A DNA stretch of 64,000 bases. Source: an uncultured virus (IMG/VR IMGVR_UViG_3300043446_000670) (taxonomy: Duplodnaviria > Heunggongvirae > Uroviricota > Caudoviricetes). The notes beneath the pieces are model-generated. The model was not told the origin of the DNA. It ran no database searches and saw only the letters and a list, made by a program, of their open reading frames with translations. The first letter of the stretch is position 1; each line of letters opens with the position of its first letter. Position numbers and translations under genes: made by a program. Positions 1 to 8,762 of the stretch are shown piece by piece. Location of the stretch: IMG/VR virus record IMGVR_UViG_3300043446_000670. One strand, given 5' to 3'.

Positions 1-404
1 GAACCTTTTTCTTCAAGGTAACTTATGGCTTTTGCAAGAACATCAACAGAATCTTTTGCCATGCCAAGCAATGAATTGCAATTTAGACACAAAATACCGC
101 GAAAATCACCGGTTTCATGATTGTGATCAATCGCATATTTACGCTTCCTATTTTCATAGGTCATTAAATCAGGAAGCTCTACATCACATATGGCACAACA
201 ACCTTTTTGAGAGTCCCATGCATTTAAAAACTCTTGATGGGTGACTCCGTACTTATACTTTAAATGCTGCTCAAGACGCTTTTTTGGCGACCGGCTTTCC
301 CAACTATTCCTCTGTTTGTGTTTTTGGCACGGTATGCAAAGATACTGTCCTTTCCAGAACTGATCTAAGTTTTTCTCTGTTTCACAAACAGGGCATCGTT
401 TCAT
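1..404 (-). CDS. Recombination endonuclease VII-family nuclease (3' end truncated by window edge)
   Basis: Not in the ORF track. Manual translation from ATG 404 gives MKRCPVC...CCAIC...IDHNHETGDFRGILCLNCNSLLG, the Endo VII DHxH/CxxCN signature. ATGA overlap with the upstream gene. Confidence 0.85.
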   Translation of the reverse strand, partial: MKRCPVCETEKNLDQFWKGQYLCIPCQKHKQRNSWESRSPKKRLEQHLKYKYGVTHQEFLNAWDSQKGCCAICDVELPDLMTYENRKRKYAIDHNHETGDFRGILCLNCNSLLGMAKDSVDVLAKAISYLEEKG

Positions 405-661
405 TTTTTACGCGCTGCTCTTAAGTTATCCACTAAATTCGGGTAGGGCCTACCAGCAGCCTTTGCCATCGCCTTGGCTTTTGCCTTCTTGGCTGGGCTA
501 AGTTTCTTTGGCTTCCCTAGTCCTTCCGGGCGGGGCTTGTTCCAAACCTCACCGCCTTTGGCGTAAATCTCAACTGGGTAATTGCCATCCCTTTTTTTAA
601 CAATTCGAGGCTTGGGAACTTTGGATTCCCTAATCGCCCCCATGCCTCGGCTTGCCATCAT
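401..661 (-). CDS. Small basic protein (YAKGG motif; RPYPNLVDN C-terminus)
   Basis: K/R-rich 86 aa, translationally coupled to neighbours. Confidence 0.7.
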   Translation of the reverse strand: MMASRGMGAIRESKVPKPRIVKKRDGNYPVEIYAKGGEVWNKPRPEGLGKPKKLSPAKKAKAKAMAKAAGRPYPNLVDNLRAARKK

Positions 662-921
662 AGGATTCGTCCTTTCGTTTTGCCTTTTTTGGCAATGCCG
701 TCAGCAGCCTTTACATAACCGCCCTTGCGGTAGTTGGTCATGCCCTCACCAAACTTAGCTTTAGTCGGCTTGCCCGGTAAATTGACAGGCTTGGACTTAT
801 CGCCGGGTTTGCCGGGAAGGGTGACTGGTTTACCAAAGATGCCAGTTTCCATGTTGTCCTGATTCTTTTTATTCTTGGCATCCAGCTTGGCTTGCTCTAC
901 ATCTAATGGAGTGACTGCCAT
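658..921 (-). CDS. Small basic protein with C-terminal ADGIAKKGKTK tag
   Basis: Ends YRKGGYVKAADGIAKKGKTKGRIL; ATG 921 preferred over TTG 927. Confidence 0.75.
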   Translation of the reverse strand: MAVTPLDVEQAKLDAKNKKNQDNMETGIFGKPVTLPGKPGDKSKPVNLPGKPTKAKFGEGMTNYRKGGYVKAADGIAKKGKTKGRIL

Positions 922-923
922 GA

Positions 924-1319
924 TCAATACACCTTACATTTGGTTTTGCCGCGTTTGGCAATGCCGTCAGCTCGACTAGAAGCAGAAACTTTACCGCCTT
1001 TTTTGTAGCCTTCTTTTTTCATCATTGCTTTCGGGTCAAGGTCTGCGCCCAACTGCATTTCGCGGGTATCCGATACACCTGCGCCACCACTACCACCGCC
1101 AAAGCCTTTAAATGATGTTATTGGTTTTTTTAATGTTTTTGGAATACCTTCAGGTCTTTGCACTCCTACATTAACTGCTGTCATAGGATTACCAGATCTA
1201 TCAACCGTAGAGCTTGATTGCCTTCTGGTTTTAGCACCTTTTACGCCATCATCTCCAGCAAATCTTGCTGTATTTCTCTCATACAAATCATTGTAGTTTT
1301 GGTTTTCATATTTAGCCAT
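924..1319 (-). CDS. Small basic protein with C-terminal ADGIAKRGKTK tag
   Basis: Ends YKKGGKVSASSRADGIAKRGKTKCKVY. Confidence 0.75.
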   Translation of the reverse strand: MAKYENQNYNDLYERNTARFAGDDGVKGAKTRRQSSSTVDRSGNPMTAVNVGVQRPEGIPKTLKKPITSFKGFGGGSGGAGVSDTREMQLGADLDPKAMMKKEGYKKGGKVSASSRADGIAKRGKTKCKVY

Positions 1320-2275
1320 TAGCAGATCCTTCCCTTGGTCTTACCGCGTTTGGCAATGCCGTCAGCGCGAGTAGATGCACTGCTGACCTTGCCCCCAGAT
1401 GCATATTTCTTAACTGGCTTGGCTTTGACCTTACCGCCCTTTTTCATAGGACCCTGCTCAAACCCTGCTCTGCCTGTAAACATGGGGTCTATTTCTTGGA
1501 TGTACTTGCCAGCCCTGCCACCATATCTTTCTGCTTCACGGGAAGCTTCTCCTGCCCCAGCTTCGGCATCTTGCATTTCACGCAATCCTCGTTTATTTAA
1601 AGCTGCTGCGCCAAGACCTAGCCCAGCAAGACCTAACAATGGCAATGCAGCATCAGAGCCAGAAGAAACTTTCTGACCAGCCCTGTTCCTAGCATCCATC
1701 GTTTCTTTAATTGGAGTGCCAGCGCGTGTACGAGCAACGCTGCGAAGCTCGGATGTCTTTGGAGCCTTTAAACCTTCCATGCGACGCTGTGCAATACCTT
1801 TTTCGTCCGTGCCAAAACCACTTGCACCAGTACTAATATTGATTGGTTTTTTGTCTTGTTTTGCAACAGAACGAGGACGAGGACGGGGCTTTGGAGCAAC
1901 ACTTGGACCTTGAACACCGGGCGATGCGCCACCTTCTCCTGTGCCTTGAGGAGTCAATGCGCTACGCAGACCCACCGGGGTGGTGTCTGGTGTTGGTTCC
2001 ACGGGTTTAGGGATAACCGGCGCACCCATGCCCGGAAAACCACGGGAAAATTCAGTACTGGGAGGCGTTACAGGAGTCGCCTTACTACGTTCAGCAAGAC
2101 CACGACCAGCACCAAAACGCTTATAAGCCTCAGATTTTGGGTCGTCAATGTTACCCATGCGGAGGCGATCCAATAACCCAACCTTGTCATCTTTTGATGC
2201 CTTCAAACCTTCTTCTTTAAGTTTGCTGATGTCGTCTTCAGAAGTTCCACCGGCGTATTTCTTGACCTTTTTCAT
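1319..2275 (-). CDS. Basic, Pro/Gly-rich protein with C-terminal ADGIAKRGKTK tag
   Basis: SD AAGGAG before ATG 2275; ends YASGGKVSSASTRADGIAKRGKTKGRIC. Confidence 0.75.
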   Translation of the reverse strand: MKKVKKYAGGTSEDDISKLKEEGLKASKDDKVGLLDRLRMGNIDDPKSEAYKRFGAGRGLAERSKATPVTPPSTEFSRGFPGMGAPVIPKPVEPTPDTTPVGLRSALTPQGTGEGGASPGVQGPSVAPKPRPRPRSVAKQDKKPINISTGASGFGTDEKGIAQRRMEGLKAPKTSELRSVARTRAGTPIKETMDARNRAGQKVSSGSDAALPLLGLAGLGLGAAALNKRGLREMQDAEAGAGEASREAERYGGRAGKYIQEIDPMFTGRAGFEQGPMKKGGKVKAKPVKKYASGGKVSSASTRADGIAKRGKTKGRIC

Positions 2276-2286
2276 GGCAACTCCTT

Positions 2287-3057
2287 TTAGCACTTACCGC
2301 CGTATGCCATCTTGATGTCTTTGCCCTTGGTTTTGCCCTTCTTGGCAATGCCATCTGCCGATTTATGCCCAGAGGTTAGACCGCCAGAAGCCATTCGGAT
2401 TTCTTTGCCTTTAGTTTTTCCTTTATTTGCAATACCATCAGCTCTTTTTGAAGCGGAACTTGCAGATCCACCCTTTTTGTATCCTTCTTCTTTCAAACCA
2501 GCACGCTCTCCTCTACGAGATGCCGCTCGCTCTTGCATTCCAAGTTTTTCTGATAAAAAAGCATCTGCGTCTGTAAACTTGTCCCCAATATATTGCCCAG
2601 CACGTGTTATATAAGCCGCAGGAGTACCAATCACTCCACCTAACATATCAGCCTTTCTTTGTCTTTCTTGACCAAGCTCACGACCATATTCACGACCCAT
2701 GCTTTCAGCTTTCTGCAATCTTTTTTCACGTTCTTCTAAATAGTTTGGCTTATTTGTTTTGTTAACAGTTCCACCGGATGCATATTTCTTAACATTGCCG
2801 CCGCGCTTCATCATGCCCATTTCGGCTTCTTCATGTTTGATCATGGACTTGGGTGCGCCCTTCTTTTTCATGAAGCCCACTTCCTTCTTGACCATTGCCT
2901 TTGACTCTTTCATTTCGCCTCCCTTGGCTTTTTTGGAAAGGCCAGCCTCGGAGAGACCGATTGCGATGGCCTGTTTAGGATTGGTAACCTTTTGACCAGA
3001 AGAGGACTTTAGATCACCACGTTTAAACTCTTTCATTACGGTACGAACTTTATCCAT
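2287..3057 (-). CDS. Basic protein with two ADGIAxKGKTK tags and several xxGG motifs
   Basis: N-terminal VMKEFKRGDLKSSSGQKVTNPKQAIAIGLSEA phage motif; tandem C-terminal tags. Confidence 0.75.
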   Translation of the reverse strand: MDKVRTVMKEFKRGDLKSSSGQKVTNPKQAIAIGLSEAGLSKKAKGGEMKESKAMVKKEVGFMKKKGAPKSMIKHEEAEMGMMKRGGNVKKYASGGTVNKTNKPNYLEEREKRLQKAESMGREYGRELGQERQRKADMLGGVIGTPAAYITRAGQYIGDKFTDADAFLSEKLGMQERAASRRGERAGLKEEGYKKGGSASSASKRADGIANKGKTKGKEIRMASGGLTSGHKSADGIAKKGKTKGKDIKMAYGGKC

Positions 3058-3310
3058 TTCTTGCCTCCATCAACCGGTCTAGCTTTGCATCAAGACGGTC
3101 TAAACGATCCAATACACGATTGATGTCTGCATGAACTTCAACCTTGGTGACATATTCCTTCGCAACCTCTTCGCGAGTGCGATTCAAAAGAATCTGGAGT
3201 CTCTGAAGTTCTTCCTTCTGAGAGTCCAGTTCCTTGTCTTTTAATCTCCACCCCCATCCAATCAATGCCAAAATGACCGTGATGGCGGTGTTCCATAAAA
3301 CCATTTCCAT
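3050..3310 (-). CDS. Small membrane-anchored coiled-coil protein
   Basis: One N-terminal hydrophobic helix followed by heptads (RLDRLDAKLDRL). Confidence 0.65.
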   Translation of the reverse strand: MEMVLWNTAITVILALIGWGWRLKDKELDSQKEELQRLQILLNRTREEVAKEYVTKVEVHADINRVLDRLDRLDAKLDRLMEARNG

Positions 3311-3571
3311 TTAACAGTTCCACGCTCTTAAAGATTTATTGATACGGCTGTTAGGATCATTTGCCGTTTTTGCACTTGTGTTTTTCTTCTTGTGACCTTC
3401 CATTCGAGCGCAAAACGATGCCTTGCGACCAGCGGATTCTTTGGTCTTGGGGTGAGGGGCGGGGGGCTTGAGATTCATCCCCTGCTTCTTTGCTGAAGCG
3501 CGACCTTTCGCGTTCAGACCACCCTTCGGATTCTTGCCTTCTGATCTTTGCCATGCTGGAGTCTTAGCCAT
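3311..3571 (-). CDS. Conserved small basic phage protein (DUF6321-like)
   Basis: AWQRSEGKNPKGGLNAKGRAS...SFCARM...SLRAWNC; ATG 3571 overlaps the upstream stop. Confidence 0.7.
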   Translation of the reverse strand: MAKTPAWQRSEGKNPKGGLNAKGRASAKKQGMNLKPPAPHPKTKESAGRKASFCARMEGHKKKNTSAKTANDPNSRINKSLRAWNC

Positions 3572-4319
3572 TTGCCACCTTCTTTTGTAGAAGTAGTGTC
3601 TCTTCAATCATGGGTTGAAGGACTTGTTTACCAAAATGCCCCGTAAACTCTGTGTTTCCAAAATGACCTAGATTGATCTCCGGGTCTACATAGATCTTGA
3701 ATCCTGCCTCTGTTACACGATCACAGAACAGGTAGTCCTCGCCCATGTATCCCTCTGGCGTTACCTTGAAATCAAATAAGGCATAGTGATGCTTGTTTTC
3801 TACATTGACCCAGTATTTCCATTCCGGGTGGTCTTTGATTAGCTTCTCGATAACATGTCTGCGTATAAACATGAATCCTGTGCCAATCCGCTCTACCCGC
3901 AGAAGACCGTTTTCCGTCAGTTCTACGCCGCCATGCTCGTTGTAATAGATGTCGGTAAAGAACTTCTGGTCTGCCGCTCTTCGAGGATAAGACCCGCACA
4001 GGACATCCCGGTCTGACCCAAGAGCCATAATCCGGAGAACGTCCTGATGTTTGAAATGAATATCCGAGTCAATAAACAACATCTCTGTGCAATCAGACTC
4101 CATGAACTGATTGACCAGAGAATTCCTAGCACGGGTGATGATTGAGCTACCTGATAGGTGACCCAAGTGGATAGAAAACTTGTGCTTTAGAGAAGCCAGA
4201 GCAAGCTGCGGCAATTCATATGCAGAATGTATGCATATACGTCCGTCATATGCCGGAATGGCAACAAACAGACTTCTCCCCGCCAGCACAAATTTCTTTT
4301 CCTCAACCATAGAAGGCAA
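3564..4319 (-). CDS. Glycosyltransferase-like protein (GT-A fold)
   Basis: ITRARNSLV, LFIDSD (DxD), GTGFMFIRR and GEDYLFC motifs. Confidence 0.75.
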   Translation of the reverse strand: MPSMVEEKKFVLAGRSLFVAIPAYDGRICIHSAYELPQLALASLKHKFSIHLGHLSGSSIITRARNSLVNQFMESDCTEMLFIDSDIHFKHQDVLRIMALGSDRDVLCGSYPRRAADQKFFTDIYYNEHGGVELTENGLLRVERIGTGFMFIRRHVIEKLIKDHPEWKYWVNVENKHHYALFDFKVTPEGYMGEDYLFCDRVTEAGFKIYVDPEINLGHFGNTEFTGHFGKQVLQPMIEETLLLQKKVANG

Positions 4320-4572
4320 CTCCTGCGACTGCTGCGCTGTTGGTAATCACCAGACTTGTTTGCACAAGCACACCCTCACCGGGGAGCAGAACATAATTGG
4401 ATTCTGCGCCGCCGATAGTCAGGGTAAACAGGGTCGTAGCGTTGTCTTTGACCGCAATGGTTCCCGCGCCAGTTGCGCTATACCACAGCCCCTTTAAACG
4501 GGTACGCCCGTTGTAAGCCGTGGTAGAGCCATTTGCCGCACAGGTTGCGCCTTTAACGTCTGTTTGCATCAT
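4303..4572 (-). CDS. Small putative virion protein
   Basis: Beta-rich 89 aa with LPGEGVL motif, in the structural operon. Confidence 0.6.
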   Translation of the reverse strand: MMQTDVKGATCAANGSTTAYNGRTRLKGLWYSATGAGTIAVKDNATTLFTLTIGGAESNYVLLPGEGVLVQTSLVITNSAAVAGVAFYG

Positions 4573-4587
4573 GGCGATGCCTCCTTA

Positions 4588-5088
4588 TTAGACGTTCTGC
4601 TGACCGAGGTATGGATCGGTGACGTAGTACAGGATCTGACCACTGATCGAACCACCGGTTGGCGCGTCGCCAGTTGTGCCGCCGCCAGTAATTTTTACCA
4701 TCTGGGTCGCAGAAATAACCGTGTTAAGGTCATCGCCTGCCGTAGCAGATGCAAAATTAATAACTAGCTTGCCAGTGGTAGCAACAGCAGCAGCAACCAG
4801 ACCGTTATCGTCAGACTGAGCAGTGTTGGTATAACCGATCCAGCCCATATCAAAGGTGGGGGTCGTGCCGCCAGTAGCTGCACATAGAGCGTTAATTTGA
4901 ACAACAACAGCGCCAACCGGAAGAATTACCGGGGCTGTATTGCTCGAAGAAATTTGAACCGCAACACTGTTTGCGGATGCGCCCGAAATGTAAAATTCGG
5001 CAACCATCAGACCGGTGCCGCAATATGCGGTACGGGTTTGATCGCCGCCACCCGAACGCCAGATGGATTGGGTAGTAGAGACTGCCAT
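4588..5088 (-). CDS. Putative virion structural protein
   Basis: T/G/A-rich 166 aa downstream of the capsid gene; SD GAGGA. Confidence 0.65.
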   Translation of the reverse strand: MAVSTTQSIWRSGGGDQTRTAYCGTGLMVAEFYISGASANSVAVQISSSNTAPVILPVGAVVVQINALCAATGGTTPTFDMGWIGYTNTAQSDDNGLVAAAVATTGKLVINFASATAGDDLNTVISATQMVKITGGGTTGDAPTGGSISGQILYYVTDPYLGQQNV

Positions 5089-5097
5089 GTTGTCCTC

Positions 5098-5170
5098 TCA
5101 TGCGAGTTAGGTGTAAGCGATCTGCATGACGTTAGCCGGGTCTATTCGCAAACACCTGTTTAAACCCCGG
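5098..5170 (-). ncRNA. Pseudoknotted RNA downstream of the gpT-like capsid gene (candidate Mu-gpT-DE motif)
   Basis: Three interleaved helices: 5166-5170/5136-5140, 5146-5157/5109-5120 (10 of 12 pairs) and 5124-5129/5098-5103. Confidence 0.55.
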
Positions 5171-5191
5171 AATTACTACTTTATATACCAG

Positions 5192-5218
5192 AAAAAAGGG
5201 GGCGTAAAGCCCCCCTTT
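5192..5218 (-). terminator. Rho-independent terminator after the major capsid gene
   Basis: Minus strand GGGGGC-TTTAC-GCCCCC-TTTTTT. Confidence 0.85.
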
Positions 5219-5220
5219 CC

Positions 5221-6129
5221 TTAGGCTCCGGGAGAGCCAAAGATGCCCAGCGGGTCGGATACGCCAAAGCTATAACGCTCACGAGCCTTATAACGGACGT
5301 TACCGGTGTCAAAGTCACCGTCCATACCGGTTTGCATCGGGGTACGAACAAAGTGCTTCAGACCGTTGGGGACATCAGTCATCAGGAACCAAGCGTTCGT
5401 GTCAGTCAGGTAGTGATTGACGCGATAGCCTTCCGGCACAGAGCCGTTGTTCTTGATTGCGTTGATGTCGTTGTCGTTGGTGCCGACACGCAGTTCTGTT
5501 TCCAGCAGACGGGTCGCAACGAACTGAAGTGCCGGAGGCACGATCAGTTTCTTGGGACGCGCTGCGATCAGCAGACCACGTTCGTCAGTCCAAGCTGCGA
5601 TCTGGATAACGGCATTTTCCAGCGAGGTCTCGTTCAGGTCAGCGCCTGTTGTCGGACGGTTGCTGTTGGTGCCACCAGAGATCAGCGGGTGAGCCGTGTT
5701 ACACAGGGTCACGCCGTCGCCATAGGTAACTGCGGTGTTGAACGCATTGTTCAGCACGTAAGCTGCCTTGACTTGCTTGGTGTAAGCCATAGCGCGAGCC
5801 AGTGCCTTGGTGTAACGCTGCGACAGAGAGTCATAGAGGTTATCCTCAATTGCCTCTTCGGTCAGCGAGAAACCAAGAACGATGGTCTCGTGGTTGTATC
5901 GAGCAGACCAAGCTTCCTGCGCATTGTCGTATGCCATTGCGCTGCCCTCGTTTTTAACGGGAGCGGCACTAAAGCCAGACAGCTTGGTTTCCTCTTCAAA
6001 GCTACGCTCCGAAGTTTCGGTTTCGTAGATCTCTTTATGCTCTTCGCCGTAGGTCTTGTACTCCAGACCGAACAGTGCGTTCAGACCGGGCAGAAGTTCC
6101 TTGAGCATTTGTGCGCGTGAAATTGCCAT
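5221..6129 (-). CDS. Major capsid protein (Mu gpT-like family)
   Basis: MAISRAQMLKELLPGLNALFGLEY start, LIVPPAL motif, RYKARERYSFG end; strong codon bias; followed by a terminator. Confidence 0.9.
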   Translation of the reverse strand: MAISRAQMLKELLPGLNALFGLEYKTYGEEHKEIYETETSERSFEEETKLSGFSAAPVKNEGSAMAYDNAQEAWSARYNHETIVLGFSLTEEAIEDNLYDSLSQRYTKALARAMAYTKQVKAAYVLNNAFNTAVTYGDGVTLCNTAHPLISGGTNSNRPTTGADLNETSLENAVIQIAAWTDERGLLIAARPKKLIVPPALQFVATRLLETELRVGTNDNDINAIKNNGSVPEGYRVNHYLTDTNAWFLMTDVPNGLKHFVRTPMQTGMDGDFDTGNVRYKARERYSFGVSDPLGIFGSPGA

Positions 6130-6141
6130 GATTTACTCTCC

Positions 6142-6741
6142 TTATACACCAGTGGTGCTGTTGTACTGGTGAGTATTGATCTTGACGATCAATTCCACAA
6201 ACGCATCCGCGCTAAGGGCAGTGCCGGGAACAACGTCGATAACACGCACCGGAAGGGTGTTGGTGGTAGCGTCGCTGCCAGACAGTACTGCAACCTTAGA
6301 GTCACCAGTTGTTGTCGAACCAGTATTCTGGACCAGTGCCATGTTTGAACCGACTACAGCACGGCTCACACCAGTGGTGGTCACAGTAGTGCCAGACGAA
6401 ACAACAGCAACTTTGAATGCAGCCATTGGGTCATCAATAACGTAACCCAGAGCAGCGTTAGAGCTAGTTGCTGACGATGCTGGGTAATACTGACCCTCAA
6501 CAGGCTGACCAGAAGAGTTGACATAAGCACAACCGACCAGAACGCCGCAAGGAGTTGCATTGTCCGTGCCGGTATCGGCAACCAGATAGCCATTGCTGAT
6601 CTTTACGGTATCGCCATAGAAAATGGCGGTAGCGTAGTTAGTTGCAATAGGAATCTGGCGAATCTGACCCGCATACGGCAAACCGTCAATACGATTGACA
6701 GCTTGTAGACCGTAAGGCGAGCTTACAGTGGGATAAGCCAT
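6142..6741 (-). CDS. Putative capsid decoration/cement protein
   Basis: 199 aa beta-rich protein immediately upstream of the capsid gene. Confidence 0.6.
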   Translation of the reverse strand: MAYPTVSSPYGLQAVNRIDGLPYAGQIRQIPIATNYATAIFYGDTVKISNGYLVADTGTDNATPCGVLVGCAYVNSSGQPVEGQYYPASSATSSNAALGYVIDDPMAAFKVAVVSSGTTVTTTGVSRAVVGSNMALVQNTGSTTTGDSKVAVLSGSDATTNTLPVRVIDVVPGTALSADAFVELIVKINTHQYNSTTGV

Positions 6742-6757
6742 TTGTTGCTCCTAAAAA

Positions 6758-7213
6758 TTAACTAGATCTACCGAAAGTGACCTTTGAACGCTTCTCACTG
6801 AAGAGAGGCATCGCAGGATTACTTTCACGCATAAAGTTGTTGTCCACCGACTCCATAAACGCTTGCGTTTGTTCGACAAAGTGAGCGTTACGTTGTTCGA
6901 CGAATTCAACAGGGGTTTTGCAAAGAAGCAGACCACCAATCTGGATGCCATCGGGAAAACGATTATCCGTTGACTTCAAGTGCATCATTCTTGGTTGTGT
7001 ATGCGACTTTACAGGTTCCCAACCCTCGCGAAATTTGGAAGAAATGTTAACGGGGTCATCACGATTGAGCGTGCTGATACGAATCCAGCGGAAGGCATAG
7101 CCATCCTCAGGATCAGGTTCCGGAAGCAGTTGAGGTGGGGTCCAACGCTTGGGCCTCAAGTCTTTTTCTTCACGGCTCTCAGTGTTACGTTTCTCTCGTT
7201 TTTGATCATCCAT
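6758..7213 (-). CDS. Conserved head-module protein
   Basis: FRWIR...REGWEPV...IGGLLLCK motif, between scaffold and capsid genes. Confidence 0.7.
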   Translation of the reverse strand: MDDQKREKRNTESREEKDLRPKRWTPPQLLPEPDPEDGYAFRWIRISTLNRDDPVNISSKFREGWEPVKSHTQPRMMHLKSTDNRFPDGIQIGGLLLCKTPVEFVEQRNAHFVEQTQAFMESVDNNFMRESNPAMPLFSEKRSKVTFGRSS

Positions 7214-8159
7214 TTTGACTTCTCCTTAATCTCGCAGCCTCACGAGCGTATTGTTCCAGCGGAACTCCAAGCCGCTTGGCGATGTTGACTTCAGACGGCG
7301 TAAGCGTGATCTTCTTTGGCGCAACGCTACGTGTTGCTGAAGCAACGACATTTGATTTTGTAGGGCGCTGAGTAGGCGCATCAGCGGGTTCCTCGGACTC
7401 AAATTTATCCGGGAACACTTGGCGTAACCTAGCATTTAAGCGTCGGTAGTACTCGTCACTTTGAGGGTCAACGTAGTCGTCGTTAACAAGTTTGTCATGC
7501 ACAGCTAGGGCAAACGCGGTCATTTCCTTGTCTTTACCCCACCAGTGAATGTTTCGCTGTTTCCACCTTTCGGCTTTCTCATCGACTTCTTCTGGTTTCT
7601 GTGCAACCGTTGGGAAACTTTCTTCCGGCTCCTGTTCAGGGGCTGGTTTAAAGTTACTCAGTCGCTCGGCTTTAAACTTGGTGGATGTAAGATGGTCTTG
7701 TGCTTCCACAAGCGCATCTGAATCACCCGATTCATACGCTTCCTTGTACTTACGCTTTGCCTCATCAAGCTCTAGCGCAATCTGTTTCTTTGCCTGCTCA
7801 AGAAGAGCGTTTTGGCTAGTATTTACAGATCCTTTGAGTTTTTGATTTTCCTCAAAGTAGGCTTTAGCTATACGAATAGCCTCTTCCTTCTCGCGTAGCG
7901 CAGCTTCTTTGGCTCTGCGTTCGTCGTGATACCCCTTTGTAAACTCGCGAATCCTGTTACGGTCTCGCTTAGAGTACGTAGCAAGCTCGTCATCAGTCGG
8001 CTCCTCTGGAGGAGTTTTCATGGGTTCGCGCCCACGATCCTCTTCCGGGGTGTCGTCTACGACTTCAATTTCAAGGTCATCGTCACTTGCCATTTCGACG
8101 ACCGGTTCAGGCTTGTCGCCAGCCTTGTCCAAGTCCAGTGTTTCCATATATTCAGGCAT
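7206..8159 (-). CDS. Putative capsid scaffolding protein
   Basis: Acidic coiled-coil protein ending IAKRLGVPLEQYA; typical position. Confidence 0.65.
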   Translation of the reverse strand: MPEYMETLDLDKAGDKPEPVVEMASDDDLEIEVVDDTPEEDRGREPMKTPPEEPTDDELATYSKRDRNRIREFTKGYHDERRAKEAALREKEEAIRIAKAYFEENQKLKGSVNTSQNALLEQAKKQIALELDEAKRKYKEAYESGDSDALVEAQDHLTSTKFKAERLSNFKPAPEQEPEESFPTVAQKPEEVDEKAERWKQRNIHWWGKDKEMTAFALAVHDKLVNDDYVDPQSDEYYRRLNARLRQVFPDKFESEEPADAPTQRPTKSNVVASATRSVAPKKITLTPSEVNIAKRLGVPLEQYAREAARLRRSQNG

Positions 8160-8167
8160 AAACCCTC

Positions 8168-8569
8168 CTACGCACGGGAAATTCCGCGAGGATCTTGAAC
8201 AACTGCTTCGACGCTGTCGTCATAGATCATCCGAAATTCTTTGCCATGAATCTTTATTCTTGTGCCCGTGTTGGGACGAACAAGAACAAAGTCGCCTATC
8301 TTGCAAGAAGGACCACTAGGGAACTTCTTTTCATCTTTATAAGCGTCTGGACCCATTTTCATTACGAAAAGCACTGGGGATAAAATCTCTTCGTAATGCA
8401 TCGTGGTGCCAGCTTTTGCCAGACCGCTATCAAACTTCTCTTCAATCTCAGGTAAAGCGCACAAGAGATAAAAGGTGCTTGGGTCAGGCAGTTGACGCGC
8501 TTTCTCTCCCGCAGATTCAGGCAACGTCGTGGTTGTTTCTCCATCCTCACTCAAAAGGATTTCACTCAT
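8168..8569 (-). CDS. groES: GroES-like co-chaperonin
   Basis: VMKMGPDAY...CKIGDFVLV...GKEFRMIYDDSVEAVV (Cpn10 pattern); SD GGAG before ATG 8569. Confidence 0.8.
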   Translation of the reverse strand: MSEILLSEDGETTTTLPESAGEKARQLPDPSTFYLLCALPEIEEKFDSGLAKAGTTMHYEEILSPVLFVMKMGPDAYKDEKKFPSGPSCKIGDFVLVRPNTGTRIKIHGKEFRMIYDDSVEAVVQDPRGISRA

Positions 8570-8762
8570 CGAATTTCTCCAGTTTACGCACAAGGTCTGT
8601 AGTTATCATTTGCGCAAACATCAGACCTTGAATCTGCCCGCACAAATACCTGTACTCGGCGTGATCTTTCGCTGCGCCGTCACAGATAGTCTTGGAAAGG
8701 GAATCGCCTCTTTCCTTGATCTGGTTAAGGAGATGCTGGAGTATCTTCTCCTCGTTTCCCAT
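8562..8762 (-). CDS. Small protein following the portal
   Basis: YRYLCGQIQGL motif; coupled to the portal stop. Confidence 0.65.
   Translation of the reverse strand: MGNEEKILQHLLNQIKERGDSLSKTICDGAAKDHAEYRYLCGQIQGLMFAQMITTDLVRKLEKFDE

Noticed and set aside
5332..6120. 262-aa plus-strand ORF antisense to the major capsid gene
   Set aside because: Shadow frame caused by the codon bias of a highly expressed gene; no SD or protein-like motifs
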